Made by a program: the position numbers and the translations under genes. A stretch of DNA of 48,494 nt, the filler included, from Catajapyx aquilonaris (lineage: Eukaryota), in NCBI GenBank assembly GCA_000934665.2. It is 2 parts of 2 records of this genome, joined end to end, with 100 filler letters (N's around TTAATTAATTAA, not from the genome) between each part and the next. Parts side by side here need not be neighbours in the genome. Positions count along the whole stretch, not along the records: positions 1 to 24,205 come from KZ539369.1; positions 24,306 to 48,494 come from JYFJ02005549.1. One strand, 5' to 3'. The notes under the pieces were generated by a model. It was not told the origin of the DNA. It ran no database searches and saw nothing but the letters and a program-made list of their open reading frames with translations. Every line of letters starts with the position of its first letter. Position 1 is the first letter of the stretch. Shown in pieces: positions 13,411 to 25,814 of the stretch.

Positions 13411-15440
13411 TTGCTGAAATAGACCCCGTGTACTCACATACTTCAAATGTGGAAAAATGGTCCATGATTTGCTCATATCCATGACAGCCATTTATTTTCA
13501 CATTAAGGTTTGTAATTTCAATTGTGCAACAAGTATATGGCAGAAGTGGACACCAATTTTCACGACTCTTCCTGTAGTACTTCCTGTCGCATGTCGAATG
13601 ATTACGCTCACTTCAGCAGTGAGGGACTTCCTCTGATTACTAAATGCAAGTTCGATTGCTAATCTGCCGTTTAATTGTTTTATGTAACCCACGTATGTGC
13701 CGTCTCGTTTTTCTAAGGATGAATATGGCAACCTTCGGGATCGAAGGAGCAGCTGTGCGCTCTTATTGGAGGCGGGCATGGTTATGGTCATTGGTAGGGT
13801 TTGATAGAATCATGCCAAAAGGCGCCTGTTTTCTTCCGCCTGCTCTGGGTCGACGGCTCCCCGGTTGGAGAACGATGATTTACGAACGCATCACTGGCAG
13901 TATTACCATAGAGGTTGCTGTACAGTACAACCATATCTTCAAATGCAGATGTGATTCATATCACCTCTTTTACCACTATGTAGCCTTTGGTCGAAGGATG
14001 CAGCGGATTTTATTCAGTTTCTCTTCGTGGTATTTTCTGCGTGTAAATAACCCGACAAGTAACGTCTGTATAGGGACCTCATCACTCGCGGAGATCTGAT
14101 TTTGGAAGATAAAATTACATGAATATAAATTATGATGTATTGGGTTGCAAGTCACTGTGAATACCTGCCCCACTTTCTCGGCGCTGTTCTCCTGGATTGT
14201 TTGACTCAGACCGTCACATTATTATTGACTACAATTAACTCAAGGTAATATCTTAGTTCAACATGTGGTGGATTGCTACAGTAGATGTATGTAGTGCTTA
14301 GACGGTGCATTATAGTCCTTTCCTGTAACCGTCTCATGGGATTGTAGCTGTGTTTATTGTAAATGTGATAACATAATGACGTCGCAATTATGGATTCTGA
14401 ACAATTACGATACCATAATTTTCTTCTTTGCCTAACAGCAAACGAATTTAATTAACCCTTCTGGTATTATCCTAGTTTTCTACTTCGCCTCTCTGTACGC
14501 CTCGTCGAAGGCCGATATTTTAGTGGTGCATTGAGTAATTTCCCGATATCTAACAAAATAAAGCTTTTCTTTGTGATCTTTCTGCACTGTTTTGAGAATA
14601 TAACATCCAGTGGATTGAAGTTATGATGAAATTTATTCCGTCTTTGTCTTTGTAGGTAATACCTTCTCGGCTATATACTTTCTCTTGGCTATATGTCTTG
14701 GATGTCTTAGAATACTTAGATGGTAGTAGTGGTGCTCGGACTGTACAGTGTTGGACATCAATCGTGGCATGTTGCTAGCGACATTTTTCCGAAGCGGCAG
14801 AAGAAGGTTATTCTGGAAATTCTGTTGGGTAGTGCACCACCTGGGCCTCGTCTGGGACTGTGTCCACAGACTTGTAGCAGTGGGAAGGACCAGGTAGTTG
14901 GTTGACGAGGAGTTGGGCGTTGATGAGATTGGAGGCGTTGTTTTTCGGAGCTAATATTGCTCTCTCACACAACCAACTGTGTCTCTGGTAGTTGAGGCAA
15001 AGATTGGGAAAGACCTTAAACAATTAACCTGCACTGACTTAAAAGTTGTGCCACCCCGGTACCCTTGCTGATGTTGCATTTTCTTGTGTAGCTGAAGGAC
15101 CTGTTCAAGATTACCCTGAGTAGCCCCGCCATCTAAAGGACAAAAATCAGGCTCATCTTGTAGTGTATAATTATTCTCTGCACCTATAGTTTTACGCTAA
15201 AGACCGCTTTGTTCGCCTCTTACTGTATCTTTGATGTGGTAGGTGTTGCTACCTAGCGGCCTTGGCAGTATTCAAAAAAATGTTGCCAGTCTTCAATTAG
15301 TTAGAGGTACGAAAATTCATGTGGATTTTACCTTTTAAAAATGTTGTAAGAATATTCGCGTGAGACAAATGCCGCCTTAGAGACTCCAACATGCGAAATG
15401 CAAGCTCCATCGTGATATGCCGCGTATGTCCAATCGCGTA

Positions 15441-15470
15441 TCTCTCCCTCTCCCTCTCTTCTCTCTCTCT
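15441..15470. repeat. Imperfect (CT)n microsatellite
   Basis: tctctccctctccctctcttctctctctct; it accounts for the ERERERER ORF. Confidence 0.85.
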
Positions 15471-15769
15471 AAGGTTACCCGAAAAGAGAGGGGCGAGAGA
15501 GGGATTCATTAAAAACTGTGTTCTTCGGCAAAGAAGGCCCAAACCCTTCCAGGTCCAAAATGCTGAAGCGTTGAAGGTCAGCTGCACGTCAGCTGTTAGA
15601 ATTCTTCCATTGAATGACAATATATTAGATTGGCTGGACTGCAGCCATTTCGATCCAACTCCCCTATGTTTCCACGTTTCCGTGATCTAATCCACTCTCA
15701 AGACACGAATTGTGCCATGTGGGTTGCCTTTCTTATTGGTCAGGATAACTTTGAACAGATCCTTTAGAG

Positions 15770-16095
15770 CAGGGCTTCCCAAAACTTTTTTCGCCGCGTA
15801 CCCCTTTTAAAATTTGTCAAGACAGTTTGTACCCCCATTCTCATCCTACCATATAATACGTAGTAATTGTGACCACTAATTACCAGTTAGTGTGATGGGT
15901 GTGCTTGCTTGCTTGCGCACAAGTGGTCAATGTTTGGTACAAGTGACGTCAATTTGAGTCTCAAGTCGTTTTCCACAGTCAGTCGATTCCGGTATTTTGT
16001 TTTGATGGATGTTGATGATGAAAAGCCAGCTTCACATAAATAGGTTGTGGCATAAATAGGTTGTGGCAAATGGAATGGGGTACAAACTGTCTTGA
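15770..16095 (-). mobile_element. Internally deleted hAT (Charlie/Buster-like) DNA transposon remnant
   Basis: ORF 15887-16069 encodes ATTYLCEAGFS...KTKYRNRL.VENDLRLKL...PNIDHLC..KQAHPSH, the typical Buster/ZBED5-type transposase C-terminus. The terminus CAGGGCTTCCCAAAACTTTTT starts at 15770 after CTTTAGAG (Charlie-like target). Subterminal inverted repeat ~15817-15840 vs ~16073-16095. Confidence 0.85.
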
Positions 16096-16257
16096 GTCTT
16101 AGTGTTTCAAAGCACAGCCTGCCATGCCAGCATAATCGTCAATTCTTTCCGCGCCCAAAAGGTGACGAGGGTTTTATGTCAAAATTCCTGATTTAAATTT
16201 CGATAATTTTTTCTTGGTCCTGTACTGGCATGTTTGGAATTAGCAATAAAATATCAA

Positions 16258-16288
16258 ACGGGTTCCTTATCCTGGATAAGGAACCCGT
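16258..16288. repeat. Perfect 15-bp-arm palindrome
   Basis: ACGGGTTCCTTATCC-T-GGATAAGGAACCCGT. Confidence 0.9.
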
Positions 16289-16453
16289 CCAATTCATTGA
16301 CGTGTCCATTTCGGGAAAATTATTCTTAAACTGCTGCGCCAGTTGGAGCACTAATCACTAACATCTGGGAATAAGTGCGCAGTTGTTTTGCACCTGGGAG
16401 ATGTGTCTAATTTGCAGTTCCACGGTCCTGCATATTGACACCATATGGAAGTG

Positions 16454-16501
16454 TTTTTTTTACGTTACCCCGTGATAAGGATTAGCCTTTTTAGGGGGGT
16501 A
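16454..16501 (-). mobile_element. Non-LTR retroelement 3' tail fragment
   Basis: Minus strand CCCCCC..CCTTATCACGGGGTAACGTAAAAAAAA. Identical core at 7135-7159 (+). Related motifs at ~16644, ~24055 and at the 3' end of the LINE copies (~27279, ~32260). Confidence 0.55.
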
Positions 16502-16745
16502 GGATACCCGCACTATTTTCTCTCCGTTTAACTTCATACACAGGTGCAAGGAGTCTAGGATGTAGGGTAGGGGTAGGGATTTTGGGGAGGGAACGTTGGT
16601 GCAAGTGCAATGTCGGTAAAGGGGCCATAATAACAATAATTCATACCCCGTTATCATCCATCGGCTCTTTAGGGGGGAAGTTTGTTTGGCCTGAAACGCT
16701 TTACTTTTCATTTTACTGTGCTCTTTGGGATAGGATAGGGACGGA

Positions 16746-16904
16746 AGGAAGCGGCTGTGGCCTATTAATTACGGAAGCAACTCCGGAATTTTCCTGGAAG
16801 GACCGTGGGAAACCACAGAAAACCACGGTCAGAGTTGCCGGCGCCGGGATTCGAACCCAGGACCTCCCGATTAGCAGTCGGACGCCTTATCCACTATGCC
16901 AACC
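16746..16904 (-). mobile_element. tRNA-derived SINE
   Basis: Minus strand: Pol III A box TGGCATAGTGG (16901-16891) and B box GGTTCGAATCC (16857-16847), followed by a non-tRNA body GGTTTTCTGTGGTTTCCC...AGGCCACAGCCGCTTCC. Confidence 0.85.
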
Positions 16905-19524
16905 TGCTTTGGTGGCAGAACCTTACTACACACTCACAATCATTTAATACACAAGGAGGTTGGAAACGTTCTTAAAAGGAAGATACTTGCTGTCATTGTT
17001 GCTACCGGTGTTTCAATTTGTCTTCTTGTCACCATGTCGAAACTTGACTTCACAATTGACTACACAATTATTATTGTCAGGTGGAAGTGTCTGTATGGTG
17101 CTCTTCTTTGTACTAATATAGATGGTCGGCTTTTGACGTTACTTAGGTTCACTAACGAGTTCTTGCAGTTTGGTCACTTCCTCTATATGTTTCCCCCATC
17201 AAAGGTGCTCCTTGACACCTTAATATATGCCATGGCTTCAGTTTCGCTATTTGCGTTTCCTCAGGTCATCCTATGACATTCATAATGGTGTGACCATTTT
17301 CATTGTAAAATAGTGTTGGGAGTGTGCCATGAGCAAGTGTTGGAGCATTGATTAATCCACGAAGTACTAGCGATAATAATTATGTAAGTTGTGACACGTT
17401 CTTGTCGTCACCACTCCGAATAATATCAGCGTGATTGTGGGCACTCTTGCTGTTGTGAACCTTTACCGACAGCCATCTTCACAGGAAATGTACGATGTGT
17501 GGATTGCATTCGTCGGATCTTGTAGCCTTAATGCACACCTTATTCACCAAAGAATAGTGGATCCGTATATTGAGTGGGCCATAATGCATTAGTTTCTGGC
17601 CACTTTCAAAAAAGCTGTGTTCAGTAACAGTTTTGTGTTCATGTTCTTAAATAATTACTGCGACTCCTAATTCACAAAATGGGAAAATAAGACTAGAATC
17701 TGTTGTATTTATCCTGGGTGGCTGGTAATCCGAGAATATGATTAACGAAATGTACCACATCGGCAATGATTATACTGTATATCTTTAAATGCTTCCTAAT
17801 ATTTTGAGAGCAGAATCCTGCGTCCATATCCACTGTGTTCATACTCTTGTTCAGATCCTGCTGTTGCCTTGCATGTTGCACCGCATTGATTATTGGCAAC
17901 CCGAAAATGAATGGACCTGCTTAGTCTGCTTTCATCAGTCTCACGTTATGTGATGGTTGGAGGATTTCTTAAGAATTCTAAGAAACAGTCCTTTCATTAT
18001 TCCATTTCATACAGTATGTGGGTCCACACTGGTAGGTGTTACATAACATTATTTTGGCAGTTGGCTTAGTAGGCCTTTACACAAACAACTCTGCAGGTTT
18101 TTTTTATGGTTTATATAAAATGCCCTTGTGTTGTTGTCATAGTCTGTGGTCGTCCTGGATATCTTTGCTTCAGCAGCTTTACTGCCATTTGAGAGAGTTC
18201 GAGTTTCCAGCATTTGCGACCTGTGCTCCGTTTGGACTGTTCATTCCCAAGGCGTATGTTGCCGTCAATTAACCCTACCAAAGTGGCCCTGCAGCCCCTC
18301 CTTCCCATTTATTTAAGCCACAATAATAATATATACAATAAAATATCAATATTCAACAATGCCATCTACTGCCATCAAAATCTAGCGCCATCAGTCATCC
18401 AACTTCGGGCACATACTGTCGTGGGTGGAGGCACTATTCCAGCCAGAATAAAATCTGTTGTAGGAGTGGCCTGAGGGACTTGGTACAAGTGATTTTCGCC
18501 TGTATTCATTCGTGTGTGTAACCATAGGTCTGTGTGGCCTCATTTTTGTGCACTTTCACGAAATCGGTGTCTTGTCGATGTTAGACATTATTTTTGTCAT
18601 GCTTGTTGCAATACTTATTGTTAGCGTGCATTGCTTAATTTCAACAAATGTAGCAGCAGTTTGGCATGTGTTGTCCCCATGTTGCTTATGGATGAACATT
18701 TTTTTTCGTGTCTTTGTTACTGATTTTGATTTATGAGAATTTAGAAGTGCTGATAATATGACATGTCCCTGATTATCCAAATGAATTTGTTTTGCCCCAT
18801 ATATCATCACGTTTCAGCTTGTTCTTATTCTCATATCATACAAAGTGTCATTTATTTATGTTGTCGCTTATCCCTGAATGGCCCATCCGATTGACCTTAG
18901 GTCCAGTTGCCTGCGCATTGCGGTGTCGCAATACCAGTTGCAGCCGGATCAGGTCATCGTCGTGCAATCTTAGTGACAGAGGCAGATTTCAGTGTCACTT
19001 TCCTCCCAATCAACGTCAATGGAAAAAGATGCAGTAAAATATAAAGCAAGGAATTTTATGCACTATTTGCGAGTTATCTTTTGTGCAGTGGTGATGCTTG
19101 TTCATTGATGACGGATTACGATGTAAACTGAGTGACTGTAAGTGAGTTTGTTAGGAACTGGTTGTCATGGTGAGGGTTGTCCATGGTAACGTTTACAGAA
19201 AACAAAAGCGTGCCAAAGTTGAATGTATGACCAGCATATTTTTCACTCATCAGTGGCCAAAATAAATGCATGTTATAGCCGAGATGAGGTGAAAATTAGT
19301 CTGTTATATCAGGAGAAAAAGTACACAAGGCCTTGGGGACGAAGTATGCCTGGATCTGCCTTTCGAGTCTGTTATAACCGAAAGTCCATTATAGCTGAGG
19401 CTGTTATGTCCTCCATTTTGTTAACTCGCTGTTGAAATGTAAGTGGTTTGACAATATATTGCTGATATCTTAAGAAGAGGTTGACACATTTCCAGTATAT
19501 CAGCAGAACGTAGCCGTAGTACTA

Positions 19525-19966
19525 TACAGGGTGTATCAGAACTCTACCGTAAGCTATGTGCCAATGGCATAAGGGGCACCAGAGCATCATTATATGTAGA
19601 GGGGTCATCATGTCTAGGCAGCCTCATTACGGAGATAATTGCCTTCAAACACGTAGTACAAAGTATCCTGGGAGGTATGGAAACCTTCAGCCCCGACATC
19701 GCATCACTCGTGAAAATAGCAGCTTTTCCATTTAGCTACTAGCATGTCGCATGTGTACTGCATGTCGCATGTGATCTGTGACAATTTGTGACAATCTGTG
19801 ACAATCTGTGACAATCACTCTTAGGCCCAATTGCTAAATCGCAAATGATCAATTATCTCAGTAATGAGGCTGCCTAGACATAATGACTCCTCTACATATA
19901 ATGATGCTCTGGTGCCCCTTATGCCATTGGCACACAGCTTACGGTAGAGTTCTGATACACCCTGTA
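19525..19966. mobile_element. Tc1/mariner-type MITE with ~115-bp TIRs
   Basis: TA-CAGGGTGTATCAGAACTCTACC... (19527) and ...GGTAGAGTTCTGATACACCCTG-TA (19964). Arms are nearly identical inverted repeats. TA target duplication; internal (ATCTGTGACA)n tandem repeat. Confidence 0.9.
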
Positions 19967-20854
19967 TAGTCAGGAAGATACCCGCTGTCTGACCACGCAA
20001 CTCACACCTTGGCACAATTTGAGCTTTTGACAAGCTCGGACTCTTCGGCACCTTGGGCAGGTTGACCATATGGTTGGCACAGCCAAAATTACTCGGACAT
20101 CGTATGCTGTATGTGCCCGGGAAGAAGGCATTTTGCGATGCTGAAACCTAAAATAAATACTCCTCATGACGTCCCCGACACGTCGCGTCGGTACAATTCC
20201 CCGTGGTATATGGTCCCGTATTTATAACGGACTTCAAAATATGGGCTTTGTCCGGTTTTTTTTCCTCTCGATTGATATGAGACAACTTTGCGGCGCGGAG
20301 TCGCTTGCCTTTCACCTTCTGTCTGTGTGCATGCTAGGACGTACAAGAGGCATCAAGCAGTTTAAATGTCCCGAATATGACAATATGAACTAGGGCCAGA
20401 ACCTTTTTGCATTTCCACCCTTATAAGTTGACCGTGTTTGCCTGGCCAATGGTAACAACTTTTGTGTGTTTGACTTCCTGAATATGTCGTCGGATTAATA
20501 TTTAAAACAAGGTTCCATTACTTCCTGGTTTTGAAGCCAGCAGTGGTTTGTTATCCTTGTGATTTCATGGTAAGCTGAATCAATTACTTGTGAACATGCC
20601 AAGAGTCCCGTGTGAAAAGTCCACCTGATTGATTTAATTACGTACAGTGACAAGGTGATTCAAATATTACGTGCAAATAATTATTTCTACATAAGATACC
20701 AAACTAAGCCATATACAGGGCTATTCAAAATGAATCACCTGGTTTCAAAAAATCGTCACACATAAAGTACTTGAGACAGGATGAAAATTATTTTTCAGTT
20801 GTGAGTGAGTGAGTGCGCAGGCAGAAGAGACCCGTCGCTGGGTCGTCCGCACTG

Positions 20855-21671
20855 TACAGTGCTGGACATATTAGCCGTCGCTGAATGTTTTTTTTTTCCG
20901 GCGGCGGCGGCGGCGGCGTTACCTGGCAACCCCGTCCGGCGGGCCAATGCAAACATCAGCCCATGGAGAGCGCTTCTATTGTTGCCACTGTTTACAAATC
21001 GAGCGAGTGAGTGCGCAGGCAGAAGAGACCCGTCGCTGGGTCGTCCGCGTCACTAGGCGTATTCGGCAATTCAGGAATCTGACTTCATGGGCTGTTTGGA
21101 TGTTCGGCAAATCAGGTGCCACGCCCCCTGAAGTAAGTGCGCATGCGCCCTACCTGACTTCCCAAGCTCAGGAACTTAGTGTACTCCTGACCTGACTTAC
21201 TTGCTGAGAAACATGGCGGACAACAAATTCATGTTATTGATGCAGCAGTGTTGCCAATGCAAAATGCCCAAAAACCCCGCGAGAGGACCCGAAAATACCC
21301 GATTTTACCCGCATTTTCATTTTACCCGCACCATTACCCGCAAGCGTCCGAAGTACGGCACCGAAATACCCGAACATTGGCATATCACTGGGATGCAGCA
21401 CAGGCGGGTAGGTGGGTCTCTCAGTTCGGCCGTTCGGCAATAATCTTCTGAGGGGCAGGGCTAACAACTCAGATATCACGTGACGCATCTCAGAATAATC
21501 TGAATTGCCGAATACGCCTAATCACTCGATTTGTAAACACTGGCAACAATGGAAGCGCTCTCCATGGGCTGATGTTTGAATTGGCCCGCCGGACGGGGTT
21601 GCCAGGTAACGCCGCCGCCGCCGCCGGAAAAAAAAAAGCATTCAGCGACGGCTATTATGTCCAGCACTGTA
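20855..21671. mobile_element. Tc1/mariner-type MITE with ~150-bp TIRs (host of a nested element)
   Basis: TA-CAGTGCTGGACATA... (20857-~21005) is inverted at ~21522-21669 ...TATGTCCAGCACTG-TA; both arms carry (GGC)n tracts. Confidence 0.9.
21054..21520. mobile_element. Nested MITE with 19-bp TIRs
   Basis: GGCGTATTCGGCAATTCAG (21056-21074) and CTGAATTGCCGAATACGCC (21500-21518), each flanked by TA. Confidence 0.85.
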
Positions 21672-24205
21672 CTACTGCATTTTCTTTGAGGCGAGCTTCA
21701 CCCATCCACACAGTGTTGACCTTCCCGACCGGGCCTTTTATCGCCCAGCGGCGAGCCCAGCGGTCAATATAATGTCCTTATTGGCCAGGCCGCTCACGGC
21801 GCTACCAGTCTGCTGTATACTTTGGGTAAGCCCTGCCACCTTGCGGCAGTTTGCTGAACCTCCCCTTCCACGCACCCACCCACCCACTTTTGAGCCTCAC
21901 TTTTTCCCCTTCCCTTTCCTCCCACTCGTCGGAGCAGTGGAGGCTGGTGGTGCTCGCCCCTGATGCCTGCCCCCTGGTCCAGCCCCCGGGCCAGGAGAGG
22001 GGGAGAAGCCTGCAGGTGAGCTGGGGGCATGACGAAGGGCGGGTTGGAACAGGCGGGTTAGCTGATGAGGGGGAACGAAGGGTGGGGGAATTTCTGGAAT
22101 GTTCCATCACACATCATGGCCGAATAACACTTTGGGTCTACTGCTTTTGGTGGCTGCATTATTGTTGGGAGGGCTTGAAGCACACAGCCTCTTGACTTGA
22201 GGGGCACTGGCTACCAAGGAGGGAACTCGACGGAATGTTCTGGAAGGTTCACCAGCATTCTAGGCCTAGCCTCTACCTTGAAGGGGTCGGCCAAAAGTAA
22301 AAAGTAAAGTGTGTGATGGATTTTTCCTGTGAAAACTGGGTAGAGAAGGTGCTAGGCAATGGCTATACTGCGCCAAGCACCTGTAGAAAGTAATGTGACG
22401 TATAGGTTTAAACACATCTGGACGTGGACTCTCTGTGCCGTACACGCTAAGGAACCACTCGACTGTTGTTTCTATAGCTATAGCCCATGAATTGATGTGT
22501 ATGTCAAGTATGATGTATTCCGACCATTTGAGAATTTGGAGTGGCTGTGTACGTATTGGAAAGGAGCTGGTATTTTCGTCGCTTTTTTATGTGGCTGGTT
22601 GCTATTACACTAACTACAGTTTCCCAGTTGTCGTTGGAATAGAAAGTCAGAAACGTGAATCAAAATCAGCCTTTCCTCTTTCATTTTTCTCATCTTAATT
22701 TTGCTAGGACACGTTATGGTCTTCAGGGCTCGGACACTACAATATTGTATTACTCAGCATATATCTGCAGTCCAAATACCAGTTTATTTAAAAATGCACA
22801 ATAACTTGCTGCGCTACATCGATGTTCCTGTCAGCCCTACTTCTGAGATGACTTTAAGCGCGTATTTCATAACCATTTGGAATGAAGGAAAGCATTAATT
22901 AATTGGGCGAGGCAATCCTTTGTTGTTTACTTCATTGTCAATATCTTGTAAGAATAAACTTTTGACCCGCCACCTCCTGCTGGGTATTCAGTATGGCTGA
23001 TACTGTCACTGGAGCATGGTGAATCAAATCAAAACCTGTGGGTCCATTGTACTTTGATTTATTCTGCCTTGATACGTGCGCGTACGTGCGTTACAAACAA
23101 AAGTCAGAAAGAGAAAGGTGAGATGGGTAAAGAGTGATAGGTCGGGAGTAACGACCAGCCCGCTCTTCGGGTGGTGACGTAAGGCCTGCTTCCACCTGTC
23201 GAAAGGCGCATGTGTTCATAGTAACATGCAGCCCACCAGTGGTACCTGTAGTTCACTGTAATTGGTGTGGGTCGTCTTTTATGATGGATTGGTGTCAAGA
23301 CAGAGTCCCCCTATAGCCTCTCTTGTGAGCTGTGAATCATGTTTCTCACATTAGTTTCTGAACTGCTCGAGTATTCCACTATGTCTTGTAAAAACCTAAG
23401 GTAATATCAGAAGTTAATTCACTGGAGAAGTTCTGACCTAAGAGTTGTCGACTTTTTTGGAGGCTCAGCGAGTAATATTTTGAGTCAGTAATCAGCTGTG
23501 GGAAAATATATGCATATTTGTCACAAGGAAATGGCCGTCAGTAACAGAATTTCCTCATTGCTTTTAGCTCTCCTCCACCAACAAGCAATATACACCTTTC
23601 ATCACACATGCACAGGCAGATGGTAGGTGTCTTCGTACGTACTACCTGGTCTTTCTGGCAGGGTCGTATTGTAATGTGAAGACTTGTGCTTTGGACAAGT
23701 ATGGGTATGCCTGAACACGTCTGTGGTATAGGCCTGAATTGTTCTAGAAAATTCGTACGGACGGTCTGGTGTACAGTGCAGGGACTCAAAAGCTGCGACA
23801 CATCATGAGGATTGTCTGCAATCAGCTAATGAGAGATTACTACAAAAATATGAGGTGCTCGAAAGTACAAGCTTCACTGCTGTTGGTAATTATTGTTACA
23901 TAATGAGTCTGGATATATGTCAATCTGCTTCCATAGATTTTTGGCCTCATGTAGTAGAAGTGAAAATTTGTCATTCTGCTATTGATTAGGTTTAATCCCA
24001 ATAATTTTTGGTGCAATTATCTGGATTTTTGCATTTTGTGTGTGTGTGTGTGTAATACCCCATGATAGGGCCTTGGGCCCTTTTAGGGGGGAAGGGGAAG
24101 TTCCCAAGGTGTAACACTTATTACGTCAAGTCAGGAGGGAAGTGTCACGGGGGTGTGAGGAATGAATAAGGGGAGTCAATAGTAATGGAATAACTGATGT
24201 ATTGA

Positions 24206-24305
24206 NNNNNNNNNNNNNNNNNNNNNNNNNNNNNNNNNNNNNNNNNNNNTTAATTAATTAANNNNNNNNNNNNNNNNNNNNNNNNNNNNNNNNNNNNNNN
24301 NNNNN
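24206..24305. other. Artificial contig spacer (N44-TTAATTAATTAA-N44)
   Basis: Exactly 100 nt and symmetric. TTAATTAATTAA places stop codons in all six frames and is a known linker for concatenated contigs. Confidence 0.9.
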
Positions 24306-25814
24306 ACTCCTCAGCGTCAGTACTAGGTCCCTGCACACTCGTTTTTCAAGTAAGTATCACAACAGAGCTGTATTTCGCGCCGACCTAAACTCCCCAATTA
24401 CCAAATACTGTACGTTTTGTGGCCAACGTTACTGTGGCTTTGCCACGACGAGGTGCATTCGGATGCGCTCTCTGAACTGCCCGGCTCTTCCACCCCGACT
24501 TCCGCCACTTCGTCGCGTAGGAAATATCTTCCTTTTTTTTTTTTAACTTGTCGACTAACTTGAAGACTTGGAAAACGCCAGATTCGTCTTGCTTCTTAGA
24601 CACCAGCTTCATAATGTTTTCTTCAACATGTTCCAGCGTGTAAGGGACATCGATCGTATCTTTAGCAGACTCGTCGATAGCCCGGCCGATGTTTATCGTG
24701 CAATGCTCTGGAGAAGTCGGATCTAAATTCTTCGGCTTGACGCCATACTTGTTCTTCCTCTGAAATGTATTATGTCTGAATCTACCATACGAATACACGT
24801 ACAGTACCATGCGGCACATGTTGGTCTGTCTCGATCGCAATCAGAAACTAGTGTGTGAGGGAGACTACTAACCTTAGATTCTGCATCAATTTCAATGAGG
24901 CCAGAGGCATGGCTGTCGCCTACGAACATGAACCCGGAAGAGGAGGGTTCCATTGCGAATATCCTACTGTTTACGGACCGTGTCCTGTAAGTGAGTCCGG
25001 GACACTTCAGGCATGTTTCTCTGGCAACCGTCAACTAATTGTTGGACACGACAATCACTAGCAACATGGATAAATAACTAAGGAACTTCATCGCATGTAG
25101 AGTATATTGTTGTAGGTAGACTTTCTTGTGCAGAATCAAAAAAGAGCCACCCACAATTATTAGAGAGCCTATACCCACAATATTCATCAGAAGTTAACCC
25201 GTCGAGTCTGCTTTCATTGAAGTTAAACATACCTGTTGCAACAAAATGAATTTGTGCGACTATATATAGTAGTGAAAACGAACACATTGAGAGACTCGCA
25301 TACCCTCCGATTAGCAGCACATCCTGTGTCTGCCAGTGAGATACAGATTCGCAAAAATAAAACTGCGGTCATACAATGGCATGAACTATACAAGGACGTA
25401 TTCGGCCATGTATTACATAATGATTGGGCATGACGACATTTTTTTTTTGCGTATGTCCGGATCTACGTAAGTGCGGACTACTTAATTGTTTAAAAAATGT
25501 AAATTAATATGAATAATGGATAAGATAATAGAGATCGCAAAAGTCAAAATCAAAATGACTGTCGTATTGATTATGAGATTAAACGGCACCATTTTGCCAC
25601 TAGGTACTGAATGATGCGACTCACCTAACGATGTAACGAATGAAAAACAAGCGCCGTGGTCATCTTGAGACAAATTGAACTGCCAGTGAAACTGAAAACT
25701 TTGAGCCAATGCAATCATCAATTCATTGGAAGAGTGAAATGTTTCATTATACTTTATTTGCCAAGTATACAATCGGTTTGTTTCCAATACCGCGTACTGT
25801 TTCTGTAAATCCGA

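Noticed and set aside
16846..16904. tRNA gene
   Set aside because: A and B boxes are present, but there is no convincing acceptor stem and the sequence continues into a SINE-type body.
20060..20250. Possible hAT transposase fragment (minus strand FGCANHMVNL)
   Set aside because: Only a short CxxH-like resemblance, with no supporting catalytic motifs in frame.
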